This document shows, piece after piece, positions 13,566 through 26,335 of a stretch of 64,000 bases of DNA. The notes under the pieces were generated by a model. The model did no database searches. It was given only the letters and a program-made list of their open reading frames with translations, and was not told the DNA's origin. Made by a program: the position numbers and the translations under genes. Within the stretch, counting starts at the first letter, position 1. Every line of letters starts with the position of its first letter. This DNA comes from Mizuhopecten yessoensis (lineage: Eukaryota), in contig NW_018408835.1 of the NCBI RefSeq assembly GCF_002113885.1, positions 1-64,000 of the forward strand. Reading direction: 5' to 3'.

Positions 13566-13676
13566 TATTACACACAGTATAACTAAATATATATATTATT
13601 ATACCTCTTTACTTGAGTTAGTTGTAATGTCATATCCTGTTTTAAATCCTTTCCTATCTTTCCTGTCTTTTTTCTT

Positions 13677-13838
13677 TTATATCTACTTTCTGTTTATATC
13701 TACTTTCTGTTTATATCTACTTTCTGTTTATATCTACTTTCTGTTATATCTACTTTCTGTTTATGGTGATATTTCCCAAGGCACGTGTCCCTATTTGACC
13801 CTGGCTGCTGAAGGAAGTTTAACCCCAAGCAAACAAAA
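13677..13838 (+). repeat. 17-bp minisatellite (5 copies) inside a family-B element copy
   Basis: (ttatatctactttctgt)5 runs into ggtgatatttcccaaggcacgtgtccctatttgaccctggctgctgaaggaagtttaaccccaagcaaacaaa. Confidence 0.85.
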
Positions 13839-14784
13839 TTATGAAAGATGGCGTTTGTATTGCATCCTAAAAGACGATAACGTGTAACCCATGCTGTACC
13901 AAAGCTGTACTTCCTGTCTGCGTCTGTGTCCCGAGGGTAAAACTTTTCGATTTGTGTCGCTGCCATCTTGGCCGGAGATATAGTTTTAGACAATGGTCGA
14001 AACACACTGTGTGTGTATATATAGACCATTTTTAGCTAACGACTTGCTTAAATAATCAGATTTCAAATTGTGGATTTTGGTGATTAAACAAGTATGCGTC
14101 GATATACAGTCTGTAAATGGAAACGTTTAATAGCTTACTTAACTCATATTTTGATGGTATTTCTTTGACAGCAATAAACCAAATTAGATCTGCCTATAAC
14201 GAGAGTCAGATTAATCTCCACGGTCGAACCCATTTTTTTTTACACAATATGACAAATCATGAGACTGATACAGTATCGTTTGCTTGAAAATTATATTAAC
14301 GGATAATTATCGCTTCATCTCGTCCTCGGGCGAAAATTGCCATGGTCATTACGTTAGCGTTGTACAGATGAGGCAAGGCCATTAAAGATTGATATGTTTT
14401 TATGTTGAATGACTATGTGTAGTGCTGTATATCAAATGACACCCCTACAGGTCGGGGATCGCAAAACTGATGTGACTGGTGGGACCCCTCCCCTTTGCAG
14501 AATTAGGGATTTTAATTTGTGCGCTCTGTTTTGGGACACCGAAAGTGGCCAAAATAAATCTGCTGCACCCATTGCAGCATTTGGGAACTATATATTTATA
14601 TTTAGTTCTAACTACTACCTTTATCGTAATTTATTTTTACCGATTTCATGCCAGGCTACTCACAAAAGATGGTCATAAGCACGGAATAGCGAGATGTCGT
14701 TCCTCTGCGTTTAATTTGTATCAAATAATAGGTGAAGACAATGAAATTCGAGCACTATGCAGTAGACGATGTTTTGATGTTAGA

Positions 14785-14951
14785 TTTACGCCATCGAAAC
14801 CAATATCTTACTTCGAGGTGCCCGAGTTTTTTCCGCTTTTCAGGGTGCAAATTATTCGAGTTATCTTTACGAAGATAAAGAAAAGGTTTGGCCTGAACCA
14901 AAGAAATATTCGAGATAAACGGGATCTTCGATCTAACGAGGTTCGACTGTA
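14785..14951. mobile_element. Degenerate Tc1/mariner-pogo-type MITE end
   Basis: Ends in cgaggttcgactg+TA with repeated internal ttcgag motifs; left TIR not clear. Confidence 0.45.
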
Positions 14952-14995
14952 TCTTTATTTCCTAAAGCCTTGATCGGCATTACCGCACCTATGCC

Positions 14996-15368
14996 ATGGC
15001 TGTAATGTTGAACGTTTATCCAAGTGAGAAAAGCGATGGGTTCTGTCTCCAGGCCGGGATATACCAATGTCCTTGAAACTGGTGGTTGTTATTCACTACT
15101 TAATATTCAGCATTAGGCAAATACCAACAACAGGTTCACCCGTTGTCGGTATGATATGAACGGACGGAGTGCTGTTCTTAGTGCCTTCGGCATGGTATTT
15201 TGATTGAGGTAGTATTTTGAAGTCGGCATTAGATTCGCGCTATTAGAAGTAGGCAAAAACACAAACATACACTATTTCCGGCATACATACAAACATACAC
15301 ACATGCACGCATACACAACACACATTGAGGCCCGTCCTTAAATGACATTTGCTGTTAAATGGACGTTA
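14996..15368 (+). mobile_element. tRNA-derived SINE, family A, near full length
   Basis: tRNA-like head with gggttctgtctcc, body gtcggcattagattcgcgctat, CA-rich tract and tail gtccttaaatgacatttgctgttaaatggacgtta; about ten homologues in the window. Confidence 0.85.
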
Positions 15369-15704
15369 TGCGAGTCATATTTTCATTTAGTTTGATACAA
15401 CAACGCTATGCAGTCTTTCTCAATATCTGTTTCGATGAAGGTCAAGATAGAATATGTAAATATTTTGAAAGTATTTGCGTGAAATACGAAAGGCAAGCAT
15501 AATTGCTTAAACACCTTAATAATGAAGCACAGTACGTTTGAAAACAGCTAGTTTATACTACTATACATACAATTAAAACTCATTTAATATTTTACCGTTT
15601 TTTCCCAAACATGTAACACATATTTTTCATAATTCGACGTCACCCCAAACTCGAATCATGGTATCAAACCAGTCTAAGGAAACTTAAAATAAATAAAAAA
15701 ATAT

Positions 15705-16143
15705 ACAAGAATTCCACAGGAGTGGATGTGTCGCCTGCTCAGCGCAAAAGTGTTTTGGCTCGAGTTATCGCATAAACAAGGAAACATTAACAGCATAAAC
15801 GATGAACAGCGTTGCTATGTCAAGTGTGATATACCAAAATGCGGAAAGATGAATCTCGACAAAAAACCACCTTAATATATGTTGAACATTACTTGCATTT
15901 ACTACACAATGCCCTTATTTGGCAATACAAGGGCATTACTCCATAAAAATGCATGTAAACTCCTGAAATACGAACTCGTCCGAGCTATTTTGTATGCAAT
16001 TAGTGAACCAAGTTTGAGTTTAATCAATTGAAGGGAACCTAAGTTATCGCACGGAAACCTTGTTTCGAACGACGCCATCGACGACGACGAAGCCGGCAAC
16101 GTAATAGTTATATGTCGCCTCGCGTTGCAGGCGACACAAAAAA
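15705..16143 (-). mobile_element. Non-autonomous Helentron-associated (HINE/DINE-like) element
   Basis: Subterminal IR tgtgtcgcctgc (15727-38) / gcaggcgacaca (16127-38), terminal hairpin tccacaggagtgga, (gac)n microsatellite and A-run end. Confidence 0.8.
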
Positions 16144-16619
16144 TGGTCGTTTGAATTCAAGAGAGATGATCAGAATTCGAAACATCCAAGATATTAAGAT
16201 TTACATTAGTCGATGGTTTTGCTATTCTGACGCCAAATGTCGGAATTTAATCTGAATGTCATAAAAATTCATATAAATTGATTTGAAGATGCAGTCATAT
16301 GCTTTGTTATTAGTTTTAGAATTTTTCTTTATTTGCAGAGCAAGTTATATCGAATATTTGATTATTTGGTTTTACGCTAATTCTTCCCTTGCCTCAACAT
16401 ATATATTTTCGAATGATGTTTTTAAATATCTCGGGAATACCTCTAATTGATTGTGTAGCAATTTAAGAAGTTGTTGATACCCCTGCGGGCTATGCTGGAT
16501 AGCCACAACCCCACCAAAGATCGAGGGGGAGCGTCCAGACGCATCAAAATCCACTCGTTCAATTAACAAATGCATTCTCCTGTTGGTCATTGTGGTACAC
16601 ATTAGCGACAATGATATGT

Positions 16620-16743
16620 GTTACACCCCCTCTTGCGACAGTTAGAATTACATCTTAAACCGTCCTATTTTTCTCTTCCCTTGTCAACGCCTCATTTCCG
16701 CTGTATGTCTGCACGTTCGACATAAGAGGAAGGCATTCGGTTG
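16620..16743 (+). mobile_element. Degenerate leader plus head of family-A SINE
   Basis: cccttgtcaacgcctcattt...acgttcgacataagaggaaggcattcggtt resembles the reverse complement of 56278-56345. Confidence 0.45.
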
Positions 16744-16754
16744 GTATGCCATGC

Positions 16755-18020
16755 TTTTGTCTCGCCTGCAACGGATGTCGAGAAGGCGTCCGGGACTTAG
16801 GTGTTACTTTTCCGGCGGCGACGGCGGCGTCAACGTTAAGATTTCGCGTTTAGCTCTGTTTCTCAGAAAGTATAAGTGCTAGATCAACCAAACTTTGACC
16901 ATACATGCGTCTTATATAATTCATCTCACTCCATGCATCAGTCGCTGAATGTGCTAAATTTCGCGGTCCAGTGATTTTGACAGCATCTTCATCAATGCTA
17001 AGTTTTTGCGTTTAGCTGTGTGTTTTATGCTGTATCTCAAAAAGCAAAAAGTTAAAGTGTTGGACTATATTAACTTGGACTGTAGTTGTTTCAGTCGTAG
17101 CGCATCTCAAACCATGCATGATATGTTGAATGTGGCCTACATTTCTCGGTCTAGTGACTTTCACAGCATCTTCCTCAATGTAAAGTGTTTGCATTTAGCT
17201 GTGTGTTATAGGCTGTATCTCACATTTAAAGTGTTGGACTAAACTTAGATTGTAAGTTGGAATGATCTTTACCATCTAAGGGTTACAACGTCAATATGTA
17301 AACGTAATCAGACAACAAACATGGCCGCAGTATACTGGCTTTTGATTGGTCGAAATTCAGATATTGTTCGATTTCGCTCACATTTTTTAGGTATGTGTAT
17401 TTTGTCACTTCTGATTTGACAAAATGACCGCCTGATACTGGCTTCTGATTGGTCTTAATTCAGTTGTTATTCAATTTCAGTCAAATTTGGTATGTACATG
17501 TATTTTGGCACTGCAAACTCAACCATGACATTCATTTTATTATTTCACAAAATGGCCGCTGTATATTGGCTTCTGATTGGTCGAGACTCTGTTATTGTTC
17601 GATTTCACTAAAAAAATCGGTTTCTAGGTGTATTTTCGCACTATAAACTCAACCATGGCATCCGTGTTCTGATGTGACAAGTTTGTCGTTGTATACTGGC
17701 TTCTGCATGATTGGTCGAAATTCACAAATATTTTCAGTTCGCTCAAATTTGGTATGTATGTGTATTATGTCACTGCGACGTCCGTTCTCCTATTTATATT
17801 TGGTTTTCCGAACGCGGGGGTAGTTTGGGAGACATCTGTAATGGCCGGCTCCCATTAAAACTACCACTTGTTTCTTTATACACCCATGTTAGTGTATTGC
17901 CAAACTTGTTTATAAAATGTAAAATTCCGAAACTTCGGCTCAAACTTACAATGCTTGACACATTGAATCTGATGCTCAAAGCGGGGACAGGCGAGACATC
18001 TTATTACGCGTAATTCTTGT
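16755..18020 (+). mobile_element. HINE-like element with internal tandem repeats
   Basis: Subterminal IR tgtctcgcctg (16758-68) / caggcgagaca (17988-98), (ggc)n microsatellite, 3' palindrome attacgcgtaat; internal ~180-bp duplication and four ~100-130-bp tactggcttctgattggtc repeats. Confidence 0.85.
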
Positions 18021-18214
18021 CTGGGTCTGGTTTATGATATTTAGTTATATAAAACGTCAAAGAGTCTCTCCGTTATCGATGGTTTTTATATAACCGTAGT
18101 TGTTGGTGATGATGAATACGAATACAAAGGTTAGGTGTTAGTATTGACGGTATACGGTACCGTTGTCATTTCTATATACTTATGTTCATAAAAAAGTAAA
18201 CAGTGTAAGAGGTC

Positions 18215-18534
18215 CAAATCTATTTGAAAAGTCAAGCGTTTTGATGGATATGAAATGGGAGAGAAAATGTGTTCCCTTCACGACGGAAATCCAGTGTTTC
18301 TCAAGAAATATGACCCGGCACTAAAGAAGACTCCTAGACGATAACAGGAATCACGTGTGTCCATAGACAATTCATCATATCTGTTCAGATATAAATCTTC
18401 ACCAAGGAATTCCTCTACCCTTGCACTTTACGTCAATTGGTGTATTGTTGGAGTGTCTTTGGTCCCTATGACGGATAATACTATCAAGCGGTTCCGCTGT
18501 CAGATAATATTAATCTACCGACATACCAATCCAT
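18215..18534 (-). pseudogene. Possible highly decayed paralog of the 53.3-kb secreted-protein gene
   Basis: Fragments MDWYVGRLIL and FLGEDLYL...DSCYRLGVFF; 11-mer caagcgttttg shared with 53354-64. Weak. Confidence 0.2.
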
Positions 18535-18743
18535 CACTGCCGTGTGGGTACGATACGGTGTATAGCGGTACGAAGTGCGCTGTTTTCTAGCTTTTTTCGA
18601 CTAGGGTTTTATAAATATAAAGAAGGTTTTCACGTAGAATGGGGCCTTTCAGGGCCGATATATGACCTTGTCCTTCTGATGTTCCTTATGTTACAAGGAC
18701 GTGTACTTCAGTCTAGTCTATTTGAAGATTTAACGTAATTGAA

Positions 18744-21700
18744 ACAGGTAAGGTCATGTGACGAAGGGTGCCTAGGGAGAGACAGGTAAGCGCATTTGAC
18801 AACTGGTGCCTAAGGAGAGACAGGTAAGGTCATGTGGCAACGGGTGCATAGGGAGAGACAGGTAAGGTCATGTGACAAAGGTTGCCTAAGGAGAGACAGG
18901 TAAGGTCATGCGACAACGGGTGCCTAGGGAGAGATAGGTAAGGTCATGTGACGACGGGTGCCTAGGGAGAGACATTTACGGCCATGTGACAACGGGTGCC
19001 TAAGGAGAGACAGGTAAGGTCATGCGACAACGGGAGCCTAGGGAGAGACAGGTAAGGCCATGTGACAGAGACAGACAGGTAAGGTCATGTGACGACGGGG
19101 GCCTAGGGAGAGACATTTAAGGTCATGTGACAACGGGTGCCTAGGGGGAGACAGGTAAGGTCATGCGACAACGGGAGCCTAGGGAGAGACAGGTAAGGTC
19201 ATGTGGCAACGGGTGCATAGGGAGAGACAGGTAACGTCATGTGACAACGGGAGCCTAGGGAGAGACAGGTAAGGCCATGTGACAACGGGTGCCTAGGGAG
19301 AGCCAGGTAAGGCCATTTGACAACGGGTGCCTAGGGAGAGACAGGTGCGGTCACTAGGGATAGACATTTAAGGTCATGTGACAACTCTTGCCTAAGGAGA
19401 GACAGGAAGGTCATGTAACGACGGGGGCCTAGGGAGACAGGGAAGGTCATGCGACAACGGGGGCCTAGGGAGAGACAGGTAAGGTCATGTGGCAACGGGT
19501 GCATAGGGACAGACAGGTAAGGTCATGTGACAAAGGTTGCCTAAGGAGAGACAGGTAAGGTCATGCGACAACGGGAGCCTAGGGAGAGACAGGTAAGGCC
19601 ATGTGACAAAGGTTGCCTAGGGAGAGACAAGTAAGGTCATGTGACAGAGGTTGCCTAGGGAGAGACAGTTAAGGTCATGTTACAAAGGTTGCCTAGGGAG
19701 AGACAGGTAAGGCCATGTGACAGAGACAGACAGGTAAGGTCATGTGACGACGGGTGCCTAGGGAGAGACAGTTAAGGTCATGTTACAAAGGTTGCCTAGG
19801 GAGAGACAGGTAAGGCCATGTGACAACGGGTGCCTAGGGAGAGCCAGGTAAGGTCATGTGACAACGGGTGCCTAGGGGGAGACAGGTAAGGTCATGCGAC
19901 AACGGGAGCCTAGGGAGAGACAGGTAAGGTCATGTGGCAACGGGTGCATAGGGAGAGACAGGTAAGGTCATGTGACAACGGGTGCCTAGGGGGAGACAGG
20001 TAAGGTCATGCGACAACGGGAGCCTAGGGAGAGACAGGTAAGGCCATGTGACAACGGGTGCCTAGAGACAGACAGGTAAGGTCATGTGACGACGGGGGCC
20101 TAGGGAGACAGGGAAGGTCATGCGACAACGGGGGCCTAGGGAGAGACAGGTAAGGTCATGTGGCAACGGGTGCCTAGGGAGAGAGAGGTAAGGTCATGTG
20201 ACGGCGGGTACCTAGAGAGAGATAGGTAAGGTCACGTGACAACGGGTGCCTAGGGAGAGACAGGTGCGGTCACTAGGGATAGACATTTAAGGTCATGTGA
20301 CAACTCTTGCCTAAGGAGAGACAGGAAGGTCATGTAACGACGGGGGCCTAGGGAGACAGGGAAGGTCATGCGACAACGGGGGCCTAGGGAGAGACAGGTA
20401 AGGTCATGTCACAACGGTCGTCTAGAGAGACAGGTAAGGTCATGCGACAACGGGAGCCTAGGGAGAGACAGGTAAGGTCATGTGGCAACTGGTGCATAGG
20501 GAGAGACAGGGAAGCTCATGTAACAAAGTTTGCCTAGGGAGAGACAGGTAAGGTCATGTGAAAACGGGTGCATAGGGAGATACAGGTAAGGTCATGTGAC
20601 AACGGGTGCCTAGGGGGAGACAGGTAAGGCCATGTGACAACGGGTGCCTAGGGAGAGAGAGGTAAGGTCATGTGACGACGGGTACCTAGAGAGAGATAGG
20701 TAAGGTCAAGTGACAACGGGTGCCTAGGGAGAGACAGGTAAGGCAATATGAAAACGGGTGCCTAGGGAGAGACAGGTAAGGTTATGTGACAACTGGTGCC
20801 TAGGGAGAGACAGGTGGGGTCATGTGACAACGGGTGCATAGGGAGAAACAGGTAAGTTCATGTGACAACGGTTGCCTAGGGAGAGACAGTTAAGGTCATG
20901 TGACAACGGCTGCCTAGGGAGAGACAGTTAAGGTCATGTGACAACGGGTGCCTAGGGAGAGACAAGTAAGGCCATGTGACACCGGGTGCCTAGGGAGAGA
21001 CATGTAAGGCCATGTGACAACGGGTGCGTAGAGACAGACAGGTAAGGTCATGTGACTACGGGTGCCTAGGGAGAGACATGTAAGGCCATGTGACAACGGG
21101 TGCGTAGAGACAGACAGGTAAGGTCATGTGACTACGGGTGCCTAGGGAGAGACAAGTAAGGCCATGTGACACCGGGTGCCTAGGGAGAGACAGGCAAGGT
21201 CGTGTGACAATGGGTGCCTAGGGAGAGACAGGCAAGGTCGTGTGACAACGGATGCCTAGGGTGAGACAGGTAAGGTCATGGGACAACGGGTGCCTAGGGA
21301 GACAGGTGAGGTCATGGGACAACGGGTGCCTAGGGAGAGTCAGGTAAGGTCATGTGACAACAGGTGCCGAGGGAGAGACGAGAGACAGGTAAGGCAATAT
21401 GACAACGGGTGCCTAGGGAGGGACAGGTAAGGTCATGTGACAGCGGGTGCTTAGGGAGAAACAGGTCATGTAACGACGGGTGCCTAGGGAAACAGGTAAG
21501 GTTATGCCACAACGGGTGCCTAGGGAGAGTCAGGTAAGGTCATGTGACAACGGTTGCCTAAGGAGAGACAGGTAAGGTCATGCGACGACGGGTGCCTAGG
21601 GAGACAGGTGAGGTCATGGGACAACGGGTGCCTAGGGAGAGAGAGGTAAGGTCATGTGCCGACGGGTACCTAGAGAGAGACAGGCAAGGTCAAGTGACAA

Positions 21701-23707
21701 CGGGCGCCTAGGGAGAGACAGGTAAGGACATGTGACGACGGGTGCCTAGGGAGAGACAGGCAAGGTCGTGTGACAATGGGTGCCTAGGGAGAGACAGGCA
21801 AGGTCGTGTGACAACGGATGCCTAGGGAGATACAGGTAAGGTCATGTGACAACGGTTGCCTAAGGAGAGACAGGCAAGGTCATGTGACGACGGGTGCCCA
21901 GGGAGAGACATTTAAGGTCATGTGACAACGGTGGCCTAAGGAGAGACAGGAAGGGCATGTAACGACGGGTGCCTAGGGAAACAGGTAAGGTTATGCCACA
22001 ACGGGTGCCTAGGGAGAGTCAGGTAAGGTCATGTGACAACGGGTGCCTAAGGGGAGACAGGTAAGGTCATGCGACGACGGGTGCCTAGGGAGAGACATTT
22101 AAGGTCATGTGACAACGGTGGCCTAAGGAGAGACAGGAAGGGCATGTAACGACGGGTGCCTAGGGAAACAGGTAAGGTTATGCCACAACGGGTGCCTAGG
22201 GAGAGAGAGGTAAGGTCATGTGACGACGGGTACCTAGAGAGAGACAGGTAAGGTCAAGTGACAACGGGTGCCTAGGGAGAGACAGGTAAGGTTATGTGAC
22301 AACTGGTGCCTAGGGAAAGACAGGTAGGGTCATGTGACAACGGGTGCATAGGGAGAAACAGGTAAGTTAATGTGACAACGGTTGCCTAGGGAGAGACAGT
22401 TAAGGTCATGTGACAACGGGTGCCTAGGGAGAGACAGGTGCGGTCATGTGACGACGGGTACCTAGAGAGAGACAGGTAAGTTCAAGTGACAACGGGGGCC
22501 TAGGGAGAGACAGGTAAGGCCATGTGACAACGGGTGCCTAGGGAGAGACAGGTGCGGTCATGTGACGACGGGTACCTAGAGAGAGACAGGTAAGTTCAAG
22601 TGACAACGGGTGCCTAGGGAGAGACAGGTAAGGTCATGTGACAACGGGTGCCTAAGGAGAGACAGGTAAGGTCATGCGACAACGGTTGCCTTCACAGAGA
22701 CAGGTAAGGTCATGTGACAGCGGGTGCTTAGGGAGAAACAGGTACATGTAAGGTCATGTGACGAAGGGTGCCTAGGTAGAAACAGGTAAGGTCATGTGAC
22801 AACGGGTGCCTTGGGAGAAACAGGTAAGGTCATGTGACAACGGGTGCCTAGGGAGAGACAGTTAAGGTCATGTGACAACGGGTGCCTAGGGAGAGACAGT
22901 TAAGGTCATGTGACAACGGGTGCCTAGGGAGAGACAGGTACGGTTATGTGACGACGGTTGCCTAAGGAGAGACAGGTAAGGCCATGTGACGAAGGGTGTC
23001 TAGGGAGAGACAGGTAAGGTCATGTGAAAACGGGTGCATAGGGAGAGACAGGTAAGGTCATGTGACAACGGGTGCCTAGGGAGAGACAGTTAAGGTCATG
23101 TGACAACGGGTGCCTAGGGAGAGACAGTTAAGGTCATGTGACAACGGGTGCCTAGAGAGAGACAGGTAAGGTCATGTGACAACGGGTGCATAGGGAGAGA
23201 CAGGTAAGGTCATGCGACAACGGTTGCCTTCACAGAGACAGGTAAGGCCATGAGACAGCGGGTGCTTAGGGAGAAACAGGTACATGTAAGGTCATGTGAC
23301 GAAGGGTGCCTTGGTAGAAACAGGTAAGGTCATGTGACAACGGGTGCCTAGGGAGAGACAGTTAAGGTCATGTGACAACGGGTGCCTAGGGAGAGAGAGG
23401 TAAGGTCATGTGACGACGGGTGCCTAGGGAGAGACAGGTAAGGTCATTCGACAACGGGTGCCTAGGGAGAGACAGGTAAGGTCATTCAACAACGGGTGCC
23501 TAGGGAGAGACAGGTAAGGTCATGTGACAACAGGTGCCTAGGGAGAGACAGGTAAGGTCATATGACAACGAGTGCCTAGGGAGAGACAGGCAAGGTCGTG
23601 TGACAATGGGTGCCTAGGGAGAGACAGGTAAGGTCATGTTACAACGAGTGCCTAGGGAGAGACAGGTAAGGTCATGTGACAACGGGTGCCTAGGGAGAAA
23701 CAGGTAA
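18744..23707. repeat. Satellite array 2, 38-bp monomer, ~130 copies, homologous to array 1
   Basis: Monomer caggtaaggtcatgtgacaacgggtgcctagggagaga; preceded by a diverged element tail tttgaagatttaacgtaattgaa. Confidence 0.98.
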
Positions 23708-23936
23708 TGTAAGTAGATAGAAACAAATACTGATTAAGGTTCAAGGGGCTGAACGTAGCGTTCCTGTCGGTATTTCAAATCCTAAAACGTAGCACGTTAA
23801 TATATCGCTGCATATGAAGAAAAGCAAAAAGAAGAAAACAGGTATGAGATATTTTAACGAAGAAGTTTTGGTCGGATTAGAATAACAACTTTTTATACGC
23901 CAATCAAAATATTTTAATGCTATTGTTTTCTTTTAT

Positions 23937-24056
23937 TCTTGTGATAGCGAGGATGTAATGCCGACTTTATAATGCTATCCAACTGAAATACCATGCCGAA
24001 GTCATCCAGCATTCCGCCCGGTCTCATTATACGGACAAGTGAACCAGTTGTTGCCA
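23937..24056 (-). mobile_element. Family-A SINE internal fragment
   Basis: cttgtgatagcgaggatgtaatgccgactttataatgctat...cattccgcccggtc matches 33690-33812. Confidence 0.85.
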
Positions 24057-25084
24057 TTTCATTGTGGAAGTGATGTCTATTTGTGTTCGGAATGATAGTA
24101 CTATTTAAAGGTGTTATTTCCCTTCAATGCAGCAAAGGGTAACTCCATCATTATTGACACAACCGTTCTAAGCCTTAAAAAAAAAAAAATCAAACAAATG
24201 CCATTGTTAGTTCTGTTTCCTCTGTTAAAAGGACACCCGATCTGACCCGAGAACATTACAAGTGTTAAACGTTTTTCCTTAGCAGAATCAATGTCACAAC
24301 AACGTTTAACAATCGTGGTTGAGATGTCCTCTGTGTTTGCAATGATGCTTTGAGCATTTTCCAGTAACGAAGCAATTGAATTGCTCTTATTAGCGTCTCC
24401 ATCGTGCACACACCCCATATAAGGCCTTAGCTTTCGTAGAAGAATCTCAAAACCTTAGCACATTAACCCAAATTGCAAAAAGATCAATAATTTAACAATG
24501 GGGCTTAATTGAAATATAATCTGACCCGATGAATAATTATTTTTTCAATGCTGTATCCCGTAGCATAATATGGGAAATAAGGAAACTGCTGAATCGAGCA
24601 CTTAAACTATGCTTTCATAAACTTATTTATCTCTAACAGGACAAGTCGCTTCGTAGATCGTAAGTTTAGTTAGACACAAATAAATAAATGATAGAAATAT
24701 CGTTGTCATAATGTTCAACATAACGTACAACATGATAGTGACAAGTGTATATACAATAATGTATAGCCTTAACATTAATCATATAATATCGTTAAAACTT
24801 GTTCGATAATACAAATAGTTGACTATTTATACTATGCATTCTATAACAAAATAATATCCAAAAAGGCATTCGATTTTGACTAGTATGTGTGATTATTTCA
24901 GATAATTGAGTAAAAAAAATACTCTGACATAAATCATACCTTATTCCGACACAATAATATTCATGTTTAACCACCAATTCGAGATACAAATCGTATTATA
25001 ATCTCTTATTTAAACAGTTTTGATTGTTTTCTCAGTGTGTTGTTTTGTCTCATCAATTCCTTCCATATATGACGTGTCAGCGCT

Positions 25085-25678
25085 CCCTGGAGACAAGAAG
25101 TAAGTGTTCTGTAAAACGACCCGAAACGTGTTGATGATATAATACTTCTCGTTTACGGATCAGAGCGTCATTGTGGAGTTAGAAAGCGACATCAAACTAC
25201 CACTTAATTTAGCAGACGACAGACGATTGTATCTTTGGGCGGTAAAATCTCATCTTGGTTTAGAAAATCTCATCAGGAACGCAACAGAGCAGCGCATGTA
25301 AGGTGTAGACGTAGCGACAAGCTCAAGGCTAAGTGGCATTTAACGGTTATTTACACTGTGTAGAATTACATTTTACACCCTTTTGAATTGAGTCCCGAAA
25401 TTGTGTTGTGCGTGTTTTTGCTATGGCGCCGATCTCAACGCCTACTATCAGAATAGTAGGACCGAGTGTGCTGACATGCTCTGGTGTCTTTGTTGTAATT
25501 TTGTTGGTGTTGTACTTTAAATGTCCTTGGTGTGATCCTGTAATCTGTGGATAAGGACGTCATATGACCATAGCTGTTGTGAAGTCGTAAAACCACAATC
25601 AATCAAACGATAGCGACATAAAGAGGCAAACAATACAGAATAGAACCAGGAGAAGAAAGAAGAAGAAATAAACGTCAT
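25085..25678 (-). pseudogene. Possible decayed paralog of the secreted-protein gene, interrupted by a SINE tail (25555-25608)
   Basis: Hydrophobic start MTFISSSFFSWFYSVLFASLC; FRVVLQNTY vs YRVAISDQY; gtctccaggg shared with the 3' end of the 53-kb copy; shares an upstream 75-bp block with the 30-kb copy. Confidence 0.25.
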
Positions 25679-26192
25679 AAACAAAATAATCAATAAACGG
25701 TTCTTATGATTGCCACCAGACTTGTCATAAACATGATACGATACAGTCATCCGACTTGAGTTTTTTTTCCCGATTTTAAAAACAAACATTTCACCATTTT
25801 CAAACTTCTTAATACGTTAAACTCTCTTTCTAAAAACTAAATTCAGAAAATGAAATAAGCTTGAAAATTGTCAGACATTAACTTTTCAATCAGATGTTTC
25901 TAAATGTTTTACGCAACGCTTGCTTTGCGTGTTAATTCCGTTTCCATCGTTGTAAGATCGTGCTACCATTATTTAATACTCAGAATTTTACTAAAATGTG
26001 TTGCCATAGAGGAGTACTGGACACTGAAATGTTTAAAACAAACCAACTGAAAGTAATAAAAACGACACCTTAGGTCAACGAGGAAAATGTATAAATTAAG
26101 CCTTAACATTTATAAGATACATTGGCTATAAGAAAAAGAACAAGACATGTACCTCTGAAGAAAATATTGTTAGCAATGCAAATTTTCTGGTA

Positions 26193-26335
26193 GTCGGTTG
26201 ATCTAGGGGATAACACATTCGCCTTTCACCAAGGCGTCCGGGGTTCGATTCCCCGGGTACTCCTGCTTCTCCCACATTAAGACATACCGTGTATTTACAT
26301 CCGGGCCAACAAGAATGATAAGTAGAAGTTGTAAA
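26193..26335 (+). mobile_element. Internally deleted tRNA-headed V-domain-type SINE
   Basis: A box-like ttgatctagggg, B box ggttcgattccc, then gggtactcctgcttctcccaca (V-SINE-like motif). Confidence 0.65.

Noticed and set aside
26193-26262. tRNA gene (also 51872-51945)
   Set aside because: A/B boxes are present but there is no complete acceptor stem, and the sequence runs directly into SINE body.
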